This document shows positions 26,085 through 36,875 of a stretch of 64,000 nt of DNA, piece by piece. The stretch is from the IMG/VR virus record IMGVR_UViG_650627003_000001, positions 64,001-128,000 of that record. One strand, 5' to 3'. The notes below the pieces were generated by a model. It saw nothing but the letters and a program-made list of their open reading frames with translations. It was not told the origin of the DNA and did not search any database. Made by a program: the position numbers and the translations under genes. How positions within the stretch are numbered: the stretch's first letter is position 1; each line of letters opens with the position of its first letter. The DNA comes from a virus. Taxonomy: Duplodnaviria; Caudoviricetes.

Positions 26085-29000
26085 TCGTAAAGGCACCCTA
26101 TGTAACGAGCTTAGAAATTTCTAAGCTCTCTGCCAATCACGTCGAAATCACTTGGGATGACGTTGGCTCTAACTTTTTCTATTTTGTTGAGATAACCGAG
26201 ACTCGTAATGACATTGGTATTCAATGGGTGAACCTTGGTTATACTGCTGATAGAAAGTACTTTTTCTCTGATTTAGACCCGGACACGTATTACAAAATGC
26301 GTGTCGCTGTTGCAGCAGAAGGTTTTGAACAATCTGATTGGATGGAGACCGAAGAGTTCCAATCATTTACAGAAAATGCTTATACTTTTGAACTTATGAC
26401 AGAGATGTCATTAATTAGTAAGTTCATTAGTGAAAAATTTACAAAGAATAATCAAAGCTACGTTGACTTCAATAAAGATGTAATCATGGCTTCATTGGTA
26501 AACGAAGAGTTCCAATTTAGTCCAAATTATGAACACATTTCTAGTATGTCAAACTTTATTATTAAAGAAAACGAATACCACGAAATCCAAGGAAGCATTG
26601 AAAAAGTTTGTACAGATATTAATCGTGTGTATTTGATGGAATCAAATGACGTTTTGTATTTGTTTGAGCGCTATCAGCCTATTGTAAAGGTATCTAATGA
26701 CAAAGGTCAAACTTGGAAAGCGGTAAAGCTTTTAAACGATCGTGTTGGGTATCCTATTTCGCCTACAGTGTTTAGTCAAACTGCTTCGACTTCATATGTT
26801 CTTGGATATGATCGTATTTTTTATGGTCGTCAAAGTACCGACATAAGATGGTCCGCTGATGACGTTAGATTTAGTTCTCAAGACATCACTTTTGCAAAAA
26901 TCGGTGATCAGCTAAATCTTGGATTTGATGTAGAACTTTTTGGTACTTATGCTCGTTTACCTGGCGATATGTCAACAATCGCTGAATCTATTGTTGCGAC
27001 TGAAGAGTTCATTTATGTTGTAGCAAGAGATAAAGTTCGTTATGTTAAAGTTCGTAATGCTCCAACAGACACCGATCCATTATCGCCAACATTTGGCGAA
27101 AAGGTATTTGAACCGGATTCAATGAATATTACAGGTAATCCAAAAGCAGTTTGCTACAAGTTAGAAACTGTTAATGGTAAAGTTTTTGCCTTAATTACTG
27201 GCGAAGTTAAAGTTGCTGGCCAAGACCCACGCAACACTGCAAATATTGTAGATTCGAATTTAAAGGGTGTATATCGTTTAGAAGATGACAATACTTGGAC
27301 TCGCACTTATGGCAATACCACTGAAGAAAGAAGACGTATTGAACATGGGTATTCTTCAATTTCTTCAAATGGAAATGAAGTATTCTTTTCATCAAGCAAC
27401 TATAGATTAAATCAAGATCAAATGATTGATGATCCAGAGCTAGTCAGCAAATACCCAGATGAAGTTTCATCTGCTGTAAAAGTAGCAATGGACAATAATT
27501 GGGTTCATGATAAGCACTATATGATGATGTCATTCCGTGCAAATGCGAATGATGACTTTAGAGAGTTTAAACCTGGGCGTATGCAATATTATGCAGAACC
27601 ATTTTTCTCGGTTTGTAGAAAATCTAATACTCGGTGTTGGATTAATAACTCTCGAGATGTTGTAGTTGTTTACACTAGTGTAGAGCATACACAAACGATA
27701 GAACCTTATCCAGAAACTAGTCCAAATCGATTTGTTCATGAAGTCTGGGACGGTGGTGAGTGTACAGTTATTTTCCCTAATATTGATTTCAAAAACTTTA
27801 CTCGATATGCATCAGGTGTTATTTTCTATAAAGCATCAGGTGAATTGATTTCTTATTATGAATTTAACTATCGAGTTAAAGATGAAGTTCGTATTGTTTG
27901 GAAGCCAACAAATGTGTTCTTAAAGGCTTATTTGCAACAGCAAACACGTGAAGAACCATGGGTACCTGATGAAAGTGATTGGCGTCGTGATCCGGATTTA
28001 CAACCATTAATCACAACAATGATCCCGGATAGTTATTTGCTTGAAGGGTCTAACTTTGAGAAGTTTAGTCAGTATTATCTTCAGTACATTTCTGACGGAT
28101 ACGGTACTAGTTACAATAATCTTCTAAATCTTATTAGAAACAAATATCCAAGAGAGAAAAATTCTTGGGAATATTTGTGGAGCGAGATTTATAAACGTAA
28201 CATTTATTTGAACCGTGAAAAACGCGATTTAGTTTCTAGATTCTTCCAAACACGTAAAGCTGATTTTTATTCAACTAAAGGTATTGAAGAGAGCTATAAG
28301 TTCTTGTTTAAAGTCCTTTATAATGAAGAAGTCGAAATCGATATTGAATCAAATAGTGGTACTGAATATGACGTTATTATCGAATCTGATTTGATTAATG
28401 ATGATCTTGCAGGTCAAACTATTTACACACCATCTGGACGTTGTAACGTAACTTACGTAGAGCGTCATTATAATGATGGCAAGCTTCAATGGCGTGTGAC
28501 TATTCACAACCTAATTGGACGACTAATGGTTGGTCAAGAGGTTAAAGCTGAACGATCTTCAATGACTGGGACTATTATTCAAGGTGTCCGAGGAAAAGAT
28601 CTTGCATCAAACACAATTGAATATATTAATAGGAATCGTTCTTACTATGTAATGCGTATCAAGTCTACTTTACCAACTTCACGTTATCGTGATGATGTAT
28701 TGAGATTTGTTCATCCGGTTGGTTTTGGTTTTGTTGGTATTACTCTTCTTACAATGTTTATGAACGCTGGATTGAGTATGAAGCATACCGAGACAATTAT
28801 CAATAAGCTTAAGAATTATCGCTGGGATGCTGGGCTTCCATCAGTTTGGCCTGACCGAGTAGCTATTCTTACTGCAAATGATGTAATATCTATGGACCCA
28901 GTTACAGGTGAACCAGTTTATGCTCTACACCCAAATGCAGGACAACCATTTATTATTCCACCTACGTATAATAGTGAAAACAATAACACTATTATATCTG

Positions 29001-29161
29001 GTCAAAATCCAGATCAGCGACGTAGACCAATGAGTCCAACATTTGATCAATCAGCAGTAACATTCGCTTCTTATCGAGCATTAGTCGACCAACGTCTTAA
29101 AGATGATATTGGTCTACCTCGCGATCCAACTGAGCCGACTCAAGTTAAGATAAACGAATAA
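26081..29161 (+). CDS. 7: baseplate wedge initiator gp7
   Basis: 1026 aa, FVHPVGFGF; synteny. Confidence 0.95.
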   Translation: MIVKAPYVTSLEISKLSANHVEITWDDVGSNFFYFVEITETRNDIGIQWVNLGYTADRKYFFSDLDPDTYYKMRVAVAAEGFEQSDWMETEEFQSFTENAYTFELMTEMSLISKFISEKFTKNNQSYVDFNKDVIMASLVNEEFQFSPNYEHISSMSNFIIKENEYHEIQGSIEKVCTDINRVYLMESNDVLYLFERYQPIVKVSNDKGQTWKAVKLLNDRVGYPISPTVFSQTASTSYVLGYDRIFYGRQSTDIRWSADDVRFSSQDITFAKIGDQLNLGFDVELFGTYARLPGDMSTIAESIVATEEFIYVVARDKVRYVKVRNAPTDTDPLSPTFGEKVFEPDSMNITGNPKAVCYKLETVNGKVFALITGEVKVAGQDPRNTANIVDSNLKGVYRLEDDNTWTRTYGNTTEERRRIEHGYSSISSNGNEVFFSSSNYRLNQDQMIDDPELVSKYPDEVSSAVKVAMDNNWVHDKHYMMMSFRANANDDFREFKPGRMQYYAEPFFSVCRKSNTRCWINNSRDVVVVYTSVEHTQTIEPYPETSPNRFVHEVWDGGECTVIFPNIDFKNFTRYASGVIFYKASGELISYYEFNYRVKDEVRIVWKPTNVFLKAYLQQQTREEPWVPDESDWRRDPDLQPLITTMIPDSYLLEGSNFEKFSQYYLQYISDGYGTSYNNLLNLIRNKYPREKNSWEYLWSEIYKRNIYLNREKRDLVSRFFQTRKADFYSTKGIEESYKFLFKVLYNEEVEIDIESNSGTEYDVIIESDLINDDLAGQTIYTPSGRCNVTYVERHYNDGKLQWRVTIHNLIGRLMVGQEVKAERSSMTGTIIQGVRGKDLASNTIEYINRNRSYYVMRIKSTLPTSRYRDDVLRFVHPVGFGFVGITLLTMFMNAGLSMKHTETIINKLKNYRWDAGLPSVWPDRVAILTANDVISMDPVTGEPVYALHPNAGQPFIIPPTYNSENNNTIISGQNPDQRRRPMSPTFDQSAVTFASYRALVDQRLKDDIGLPRDPTEPTQVKINE

Positions 29162-29181
29162 ATATTTTAAAGGAGAATTAT

Positions 29182-30186
29182 ATGCTCAGTTCAAGTACTG
29201 TTTATCGTGCAATTATTACATCTAAGTTCAGAACCGAAAAGATGCTGAACTTTTATCGATCAGTCGGTGATGGACCGACTGAGAACTCAATTTATGTTTC
29301 ATTTGGACGTAAAGAATCATGGGCTCCAAATGAAAATGACCCAGGTTTTGCTCCGCCGTACCCTATTGATAACGTTCAAGGTATGATGAGTGTTTGGACT
29401 GATATGCTTGGTGTTGTTAAAGTAAATCAGTCTATGCTAGACGCTGTTATCCCACGAAAAGACTGGGGCGACATTCGTTACACTAATTCTCGAACATTTA
29501 ACATTGGCGAGATTGTTGTAACGAATACAGCACCGTTTAATAGAGCGCCAGGTGCAGCAGGGTGGATGGTTTATCGAGTTGTTGATGTACCAGGTCAAGG
29601 TGTATGTTCTATTGACACTATCACAAACAAGGAAGAATGTACAAAGCTCGGTGGTAAATGGACACCAAATGTAGAGAGCTTTATTGTCCCAAGTGGACGA
29701 GGAGATACAGAAGGTTTAGTTGATACTGGTGATGGATATTTGTGGGAATACTTATATGAGATTCCACCAGATGTGTCTATTAACCGATGTACTAATGAAT
29801 ATATTGTTGTGCCATGGCCAGAAGAGATTAAAGAAGATCCTACTCGTTGGGGGTATCAACATAATTTGACTTGGCAACAAGATGATTATGGGCTGATCTT
29901 TAGAATCCGTGCGGTGTCTATTCGCTTTAAAGCATACTTTGATTCTTTGTACTTTCCAGCCGCGTCTATTCTCGGGAATACTGGGTTTCGACAAATCGCT
30001 TTAATAGTAAATCCATTATTAAAGAAATCTAAACCAACAGATGCAAATAAAAAAGCAACTGCCCAATACTATACTTTGAGTGACCTTGAACGACATTCAG
30101 GTGAGATGCTTTATATTGAGAATCGACCACCAATTACACGTTCTATGGACCAAACAGAGGAAGTCTCGATAATTTTTTCATTTTAG
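29182..30186 (+). CDS. 8: baseplate wedge subunit gp8
   Basis: YRAIITSKFRTEKM, IENRPPI.RS.DQTEE. Confidence 0.96.
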   Translation: MLSSSTVYRAIITSKFRTEKMLNFYRSVGDGPTENSIYVSFGRKESWAPNENDPGFAPPYPIDNVQGMMSVWTDMLGVVKVNQSMLDAVIPRKDWGDIRYTNSRTFNIGEIVVTNTAPFNRAPGAAGWMVYRVVDVPGQGVCSIDTITNKEECTKLGGKWTPNVESFIVPSGRGDTEGLVDTGDGYLWEYLYEIPPDVSINRCTNEYIVVPWPEEIKEDPTRWGYQHNLTWQQDDYGLIFRIRAVSIRFKAYFDSLYFPAASILGNTGFRQIALIVNPLLKKSKPTDANKKATAQYYTLSDLERHSGEMLYIENRPPITRSMDQTEEVSIIFSF

Positions 30187-30213
30187 AAGCAATTATTCAC
30201 ATAGGAAAAATAA

Positions 30214-30969
30214 ATGAAGCTTTACCATTTTACTTATAAAACCACGAATATTGTTAATAACAAAATTTATTTTGGGATTCATTCTACGAATAATCTAGAA
30301 GACGGTTATATAGGTTCTGGGCGAGTATTCCGTCTTGCTATAGCTAAATATGGTAAAGCTTCATTTGTCAGAGAAATCCTTGAGTTTTTCGATACACGTG
30401 AAGAGGCTTCACTTGCTGAATCTGTTTTAATCACTGAAGAGCACATAAACAGTCCAGATTGTTATAATGTCAGCTTTGGTGGTGAAAACAGCCTATTTAG
30501 ACATTCTGAAGCGACTAAAGCCAAAATTTCAGAAAAGACCAAAGGTAGTTTAAACCCACGCTTCGGGCATCGATGGTCTTCTGAAGATAAAGAAAAGCTT
30601 GCTGGATTTAAAGGCAAAAAGCATTCCGAGGTAACCAAGGCCAAAATATCTAAACTCCATAAAGGTTCTAAAAAGAGTGAAGAAACTAAAGCTAAAATAT
30701 CCGCATCAAATAAGGGTGTTAGTCGAGGATTAGGTAAAAAGCATTCAGAAGAAACTAAATCTAAAATGTCAAAATCTAAAACAGGTAAGGCCAATTATAG
30801 ATTTGACGATCGGCCGGTTGAAGCGACATGTATAGAAACTGGAAAAAAGATTAAATTTTCTTCTAAGAGCGAAGCTGGAAAGTATTTTAGAGTAAAGTCA
30901 TCAAATATTAGTAAAGCTTGTGACGGGGTGTACTCTAAAAGTGTGAATCACACATGGAGATACATATAA
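30214..30969 (+). mobile_element. free-standing Seg-like GIY-YIG homing endonuclease with NUMOD3-type repeats
   Basis: FTYKTTN..N.KIYFG.H, GYIGSG, repeated HSEETKAKIS. Confidence 0.9.
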
Positions 30970-30982
30970 TTTTCGAATTCTA

Positions 30983-31022
30983 AAAAGGGAGCCTTGTGCT
31001 CCCTTTGTTCGTTTTATAAATA
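30983..31022 (+). terminator. terminator hairpin followed by the late promoter for gene 9
   Basis: AAAGGGAGC-CTTGT-GCTCCCTTT; TATAAATA at 31015-22. Confidence 0.8.
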
Positions 31023-31044
31023 TCTATAAATTAGCGAGGTTTCT

Positions 31045-31908
31045 ATGGCTTACGAACAAATCCCAAAACAGAAAATTGACATTGGTCAAATCGGTAACCC
31101 ATCAACTGGTGACATTTTATATGACGGCGGCGATAAGCTAAATGGCGATCTCGATGCAATCTATAATATGTTTGGTGACCAACGTTTTTACAATCAAGGC
31201 ATTGATGTAGGTAATCAAACTATCCATGCCACAGGCTACTATCAAAAAGTAGATCAACTAGAATTCCGTACGCCAGTCCCGATGGGAACTATGTATGACG
31301 TTGATGCATCTGCCGGTTCAGTGAACCCAATTTTGTCTAAAGGCAAACGCGGTGAAGGTGTAATTTTTGTAAACTTTAATGGAAGTATTTCTATTAATAG
31401 ACCATTAATTATACAAGCATCAGCTGGTTCTTTTGTCAATTTACCTGGTCCACTTACAGTAACAGCACCATACAGCCGTGTTGAATGCTGGTGTATTTCT
31501 GATGAAAATAATGTCCCAGTATGGAACTACAAAATTACTTCATTATTTGGACAAGAAAACGTTCCGATTAACTTAACAACTTCTTTGACATCTACAGCAA
31601 AAAATATTCCTATTGCACACAGAACCGAGTTTAGTTCGATTAAACTGTTTTTAACTGGTATGACCGCTGATGGGACTAAGATGCGTCAGTCAGAGTTAAA
31701 TATACTTATCGATACAATCAACAATAAAGTATTGAACACGGAACATGCTGTTCTTCAAACAGCCTACACTGAAGGTTCAGACGAATTGTTTACTTTTGAT
31801 TTTGACATTGATGTCGCTGGTGTTGTAAATCTAGTAGCTAAAACTACATATCCAAACGTTAGACTTGCTATTAAGTCAATCGCGACACAAAGAATTGGAG
31901 CAGCATAA
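31045..31908 (+). CDS. 9: baseplate tail-fibre connector gp9
   Basis: IDIG.IGN.STGDILYDGG.K.N. Confidence 0.95.
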   Translation: MAYEQIPKQKIDIGQIGNPSTGDILYDGGDKLNGDLDAIYNMFGDQRFYNQGIDVGNQTIHATGYYQKVDQLEFRTPVPMGTMYDVDASAGSVNPILSKGKRGEGVIFVNFNGSISINRPLIIQASAGSFVNLPGPLTVTAPYSRVECWCISDENNVPVWNYKITSLFGQENVPINLTTSLTSTAKNIPIAHRTEFSSIKLFLTGMTADGTKMRQSELNILIDTINNKVLNTEHAVLQTAYTEGSDELFTFDFDIDVAGVVNLVAKTTYPNVRLAIKSIATQRIGAA

Positions 31909-33701
31909 TGAAACAGAATTTAGTCATTGGCAACACAGTAGATGACGGTACAGGCGATTACTTAAATAAAGGCGGTAAAAAGATCATTAATAACTTTGAT
32001 GATCTTTATTACGAATTAGGCGATGGCTCAAATCCACATGCGGCTGGTGCTTGGAAAACAACAAGTGACGCCGACATCAATGGACAATTTGGTAAAGCGT
32101 ATGCATTGAATACGACTTCAAATCGAATTACTTTTAGACTCCCTAAAGGCACAACTAATGACTACAATAAAGTAATTCGATTGCGAGATGTATTTGCTAA
32201 ATGGCGCACAAATCCAGTAACTGTTATTCCAGCATCAGGCGATACAATTAAAGGCAATGCAGTGTCTGTAGTTTTATCATCAAACTATGCTGACATAGAA
32301 ATGGTTTATTGTGCCCCAGGTCGTTGGGAATATGTTGCGAATAAACAAATCGATAAATCGACTTCAGCCGATCTTTCGGCTGTTATTAAGCGAGAATTTT
32401 TAGCGACAGCTGGTCAAGTAGATTTCTTAGACATTTTTGATGGTCAAGAATATAACAAAGCAAATTTAGAGATTTACCATCGTGGTAACTTGCTTTATTA
32501 CGGTAATACTTTCAGCACGGATTCTGACTATGGTTCACCTGGTTCGGGTTCATCTGTTGTTGCATTAAATGGTAAAGATGTTCGTCTAAAACGCCCATGT
32601 GTAGAAGGAGACTCTGTTGTAATTATTTCATATGTCGATGGGTTAACACAATGGCGTTCGACATATAACCGCCTAGAGCTTAGAGTTTTAGATGAAAGTT
32701 CAACTAACGAAGTTTCTGTTGAAGGTAGTGTTTACGTTGGCGATTTATCGACCGTAAAAACACTTCCTATTGAAGCTTTTGGTTATGAAATTGGTGCTGG
32801 TCTTATTAATCCAAATTCATTAGAAGTTTATATTAATGGTGTTATTTTAACAGAGGCTGGTTCTGGTGGCTTGCCTGCATTTATTTGTGAAGGCGCAGAA
32901 GCCAATAATTTATCTGATTGCTTAGCCTCTGGTGGTCTCTGGTTGGATTCCGATATAGACTACTCATACACTCAAGATTCATCAGGAAATGTTGATAATA
33001 TCACGTTTGGGCGTGGATTTAGTCATGGTGATGTTGTTACGATTAAATGGTACAACAACAATATTGGTACAACTCTTTCAATTGAAGAAATCCTTGATCA
33101 AACAAATGATCTGTATATAGGTTCTGGTCAGCCTATTAATGTTACTGGTGGAGTTAGAGTAACAGATTTTCAAAATCCAACCTGGCCAAATGTAGAACTT
33201 CTTGAACCGTATAACGTAAGTATTTCGACTGCCTCAAATATGTTTGACTTGATTTATCCTGTTGGGTCAGTGTATGAAAACTTTATAAATCCAAACAATC
33301 CATCAACGTATATGGGCTTTGGGTCATGGGTTCTTGCTGGAACTAAGCAAGTTTTGGTTGGTTGGACACCCGATGATTCTAGTGTATTTGGATTAAATAA
33401 TAATGATCTAGATACTTTAGGTAATCCTAGTAAACGCGCCGGTGGCACTGGCGGCGTGATGGAAAATACGCTTTCTAACGAACAATTACCGGCTACAAAA
33501 ACTGATGAAAAGGTTTTAATCGATGATGAAAATGGTGGCGTGATTATTGGAGGCTGTCAATTTGATCCAGACGATCAAGGCCCGGCATACCAAAAATATC
33601 GTGAAGACTTTGCAACGACAAACAAAACTCATGCACCACCACAATCAATTAATAATTTACAACCATACGTTACAGTGTATCGTTGGATGAGGATCGCATA
33701 A
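31908..33701 (+). CDS. 10: baseplate wedge subunit gp10
   Basis: IGN.VDDGTGDYL..GG.KI; QPYVTVYRW.RIA. Confidence 0.96.
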   Translation: MKQNLVIGNTVDDGTGDYLNKGGKKIINNFDDLYYELGDGSNPHAAGAWKTTSDADINGQFGKAYALNTTSNRITFRLPKGTTNDYNKVIRLRDVFAKWRTNPVTVIPASGDTIKGNAVSVVLSSNYADIEMVYCAPGRWEYVANKQIDKSTSADLSAVIKREFLATAGQVDFLDIFDGQEYNKANLEIYHRGNLLYYGNTFSTDSDYGSPGSGSSVVALNGKDVRLKRPCVEGDSVVIISYVDGLTQWRSTYNRLELRVLDESSTNEVSVEGSVYVGDLSTVKTLPIEAFGYEIGAGLINPNSLEVYINGVILTEAGSGGLPAFICEGAEANNLSDCLASGGLWLDSDIDYSYTQDSSGNVDNITFGRGFSHGDVVTIKWYNNNIGTTLSIEEILDQTNDLYIGSGQPINVTGGVRVTDFQNPTWPNVELLEPYNVSISTASNMFDLIYPVGSVYENFINPNNPSTYMGFGSWVLAGTKQVLVGWTPDDSSVFGLNNNDLDTLGNPSKRAGGTGGVMENTLSNEQLPATKTDEKVLIDDENGGVIIGGCQFDPDDQGPAYQKYREDFATTNKTHAPPQSINNLQPYVTVYRWMRIA

Positions 33702-34357
33702 TGAAAAGTAAATCTCAATTACTATCCCAGAATTGGAGCGATGCCGCTGGGTTTACAAAATACAATGTTCTAGAAAATTCTATTTTGGTAGGTAACCAAT
33801 TGCCTATTGGTTCTTTGTCTATTGATCAATCTTCTAGTGGATTTAGTGAGGCAAATGTCCAAGATGCTATTGGTGATCTCGCAGCAGCATTTGAGCTTCC
33901 TCTAGGAAGTGTTTTAGTTAATGATACAGGTATTTCTCCAGGCGGGATTCAGCAATCTGACACTATAGCATTTACAGGTAGTGTAAATGCACCTGGCAAA
34001 AATCCTGGAGAAACTGTTAATGTAAATCTTTACGGAATTTTTGTTGAGGCTGTGCAAGGTGACACATCTGATGAATTTACAGCAAAGGCAAAAATTGTTT
34101 TAGATTCGCTTGCATTTGAAAATAAAATCTTTACTAGTGTCGAAGCTCCTATCGCTGGACAAATCCAGGTTCAATATATTGACTATAAACCACATACACT
34201 AAAACAATATACTTCACAAGGAATCACAGTAACTCAAACTGTAGATTCTCCACCAAGAGTTGGTTATGGATCTTGGGAGCGTCTAGGGTCTCAAACTTTG
34301 ACATTAGATGGAGCTTCAGACCCGGTTGTTCTTTATTACTTTAAGCGAGTTGGATAA
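33701..34357 (+). CDS. 11: baseplate wedge / short-fibre connector gp11
   Basis: Synteny, GYGSW..., LYYFKR; TAATG start. Confidence 0.9.
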   Translation: MKSKSQLLSQNWSDAAGFTKYNVLENSILVGNQLPIGSLSIDQSSSGFSEANVQDAIGDLAAAFELPLGSVLVNDTGISPGGIQQSDTIAFTGSVNAPGKNPGETVNVNLYGIFVEAVQGDTSDEFTAKAKIVLDSLAFENKIFTSVEAPIAGQIQVQYIDYKPHTLKQYTSQGITVTQTVDSPPRVGYGSWERLGSQTLTLDGASDPVVLYYFKRVG

Positions 34358-35676
34358 TGAATAATACATTTAAACATACATCTGATGATTCTCAGTACAA
34401 AACATTTAATCCGGTTGGGACTAAGTTTGCATCAAATATTACTAACGTACAAGCAGCATTAGCTGCTTGCGCACCATTTACAATTGCGTCTGAAACTGTA
34501 TTTGGTAGCTTAAAGATAGCTACTCAATCGCAAGTTGATGCTGGTGTTGATGATACTACTGTGGTCACACCAAAAAAATTAGCGGCTCGTTTGATTAATC
34601 CAGCTGCAACTACAACTACTCCTGGATTAATCAGAATTGCCACAAATGTCGAAGCTGACGCAGGAACAGTGTCAAATGCTGCAATTGTCCCAAGTTCTCT
34701 TTTGTATGTTTTTAATACAAAAACCGCAACAGAGGCAAAATTTGGTACTATTAAAATAGCAAATAATGCAGCCGCAATTGCTGGTACTGACGATACGCTA
34801 GCTATGACTCCATTAAAAGTCAAACAAGCAATTGCTAATGCAACGTCACAAATTCCTTCACCGAGCACAGCGACAGAAACTAGACAAGGTATTGTTCAAC
34901 TTGCTACTTCTGGACAAGTCCAACAAGGTACTCTACGAGATGGTTATGCAATTTCGCCGTATGCACTATCTCAATTAACTTCAAATGCTTCAAGACGTGG
35001 ATTGTCTATTGCATCTACTCTAATACAAGCAAATGCAGGAACTGATGATTCTGTTTACATTTCGGCTAAAGGATTCAAAACGTTCACAGCGAATTTAACA
35101 AATACTGGTACAGTAAAACTTACCGATACTTTAAGTAGTACGTTTTCTGCTGGTGTTGCATTAAGTTCAAATGCAAAAGTACTTTCTTTAGCTGGTGGAA
35201 CTCTTACAGGTGATTTAACTGTTAACACTAATTTAGACGTTAAAGGCGCAATTAGTGTTAATTCTGTCCCAATTGTCTCTCGACAAGAGTTAGATGATTA
35301 TGTTCCTATTGGCACGATCATTGAATGGAATGAGCAGAACCTACCAAATTCTAAATGGTCTTGGTATAGCAGCGGTTCAACAACTTCTAGAGTTTTAATT
35401 GCAAAGACAGTTAATTACACAGGTGCTTGGATGACAATACCTCTTGCTTCTGTATTGCAAAGCAATGAGTCATTTTTAAACACAGATTTATTTACTTTAA
35501 TTGTAAATCCAGAGCAACCACACGAGGCTTGGTCAATTCATCGTGATGTTAAAGAATTTAGAATTCAAGTATTTAATCGATCCGGTACAAATCGTATAGG
35601 CTACAATGGTGTTATATCATTTGTGATTTATAAAAATCAAGCTTCTTCAAGCAACAAAATTATAAGGGTTCAGTAA
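34357..35676 (+). CDS. 12: short tail fibre gp12
   Basis: N-terminus NNT..H.SD, repeats ATE...G....AT, collar motif PIGTII.W. Confidence 0.9.
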   Translation: MNNTFKHTSDDSQYKTFNPVGTKFASNITNVQAALAACAPFTIASETVFGSLKIATQSQVDAGVDDTTVVTPKKLAARLINPAATTTTPGLIRIATNVEADAGTVSNAAIVPSSLLYVFNTKTATEAKFGTIKIANNAAAIAGTDDTLAMTPLKVKQAIANATSQIPSPSTATETRQGIVQLATSGQVQQGTLRDGYAISPYALSQLTSNASRRGLSIASTLIQANAGTDDSVYISAKGFKTFTANLTNTGTVKLTDTLSSTFSAGVALSSNAKVLSLAGGTLTGDLTVNTNLDVKGAISVNSVPIVSRQELDDYVPIGTIIEWNEQNLPNSKWSWYSSGSTTSRVLIAKTVNYTGAWMTIPLASVLQSNESFLNTDLFTLIVNPEQPHEAWSIHRDVKEFRIQVFNRSGTNRIGYNGVISFVIYKNQASSSNKIIRVQ

Positions 35677-36845
35677 TGAAAATTCTTCCATTTGTAAATA
35701 GCGTTCCAAATGATGGTCAACAACGCATTCAATGGATTCGTAATGGTGATGCACTTATGGGTGCATCTACCAAATTCGGATCAGATGGCAACTTGAATAT
35801 TGCCACCACACAAGTACAAGCTAATGTGGTTGTACTTGATGAAAACTTACAAGAGCTTAATTTAGGATTTGATGCGAATACACAAAAAATTCAAGAAATT
35901 GAAGCTCTTTTAGAAGCTTCCGGTTCTTTAGACCTGGTCCAAGTGGTACAAACAAATACAACGGATATTGTCCAATTAAAAGCCGACAGTGAAGATGCAA
36001 AAACACGATTAACTTCTGTTGAGACAACTGTCAGAGAAAATAAGACAATGCTTGGAGAAGCTGGTCCTAATTTCGTTGGCACAGTTAATTCAGAAATCGA
36101 ATTTTTAAAGGCTCGAATCGGCAATAACACTAACGAAACGGTTAATGGCACACCTTCTCCCGGCACTAGTGCTACTGGCATTAAACTATCGATAAATAAT
36201 GTAATACTTGAACTAAATGCTGTCAAAGAAGATAATTTAGAACTAAACACTAAATTAGATTTGTTTGATGTGCCTTCAATCAAACAAGACATTGTTCAAA
36301 TCAGACGTGAACTTGGTCAAACTCCAGTTAGTCAACCAACAGTTTATGAACGTTTAAACTCATTAAATAACGATTCTAACACGTTTAGTACTGATATTGA
36401 AGCCATAAAAGTTAAAATCAATTTTGATAATCCAATAGATATTGCGCCTCGAGTTTTTACATTAGAAACTAATTATTCTACCCTAGACAATGTAATAAAC
36501 GGTCCAAACGGGATAACTACTAAGGTAACAGTTTTAGAATCCGAAATGGCACTTGTCAAACCAGCGGTCGATACTCTAGAATTACAAGTAGACACCATTA
36601 ATTCTACGTTAGACGGCGCATCTGGTTTAACCACTCAAGTTCAAGAAATTAAAACTTATATCGGTATTGTTCCTAATGGGACACCTGTTCCACCAACTTC
36701 TCTTGAAGGACGATTTATTACTCTTCAAGGTATACAAAACAATACAGCTTCAACTGTCCAAGATTTGCAAGTAGAAGTCCAAGATTTGCGTTCGCAATTG
36801 ACAGCTCTTACGGCTCGAGTTGCTGCATTAGAATCTAATCCATAA
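35676..36845 (+). CDS. wac: fibritin (neck whisker)
   Basis: LPFV..VP..GQQRI.WI.NG, segmented coiled coil. Confidence 0.92.
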   Translation: MKILPFVNSVPNDGQQRIQWIRNGDALMGASTKFGSDGNLNIATTQVQANVVVLDENLQELNLGFDANTQKIQEIEALLEASGSLDLVQVVQTNTTDIVQLKADSEDAKTRLTSVETTVRENKTMLGEAGPNFVGTVNSEIEFLKARIGNNTNETVNGTPSPGTSATGIKLSINNVILELNAVKEDNLELNTKLDLFDVPSIKQDIVQIRRELGQTPVSQPTVYERLNSLNNDSNTFSTDIEAIKVKINFDNPIDIAPRVFTLETNYSTLDNVINGPNGITTKVTVLESEMALVKPAVDTLELQVDTINSTLDGASGLTTQVQEIKTYIGIVPNGTPVPPTSLEGRFITLQGIQNNTASTVQDLQVEVQDLRSQLTALTARVAALESNP

Positions 36846-36849
36846 TTTA

Positions 36850-36863
36850 GGGCCTTCGGGCCC
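36850..36863 (+). other. UUCG tetraloop hairpin after wac
   Basis: GGGC-CTTCGG-GCCC. Confidence 0.7.
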
Positions 36864-36875
36864 ATCGAGGTTTTT

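Noticed and set aside
30500-30790. Repeated DNA segments resembling a tandem array
   Set aside because: They encode HSEETKAKIS (NUMOD3-type) protein repeats; not CRISPR
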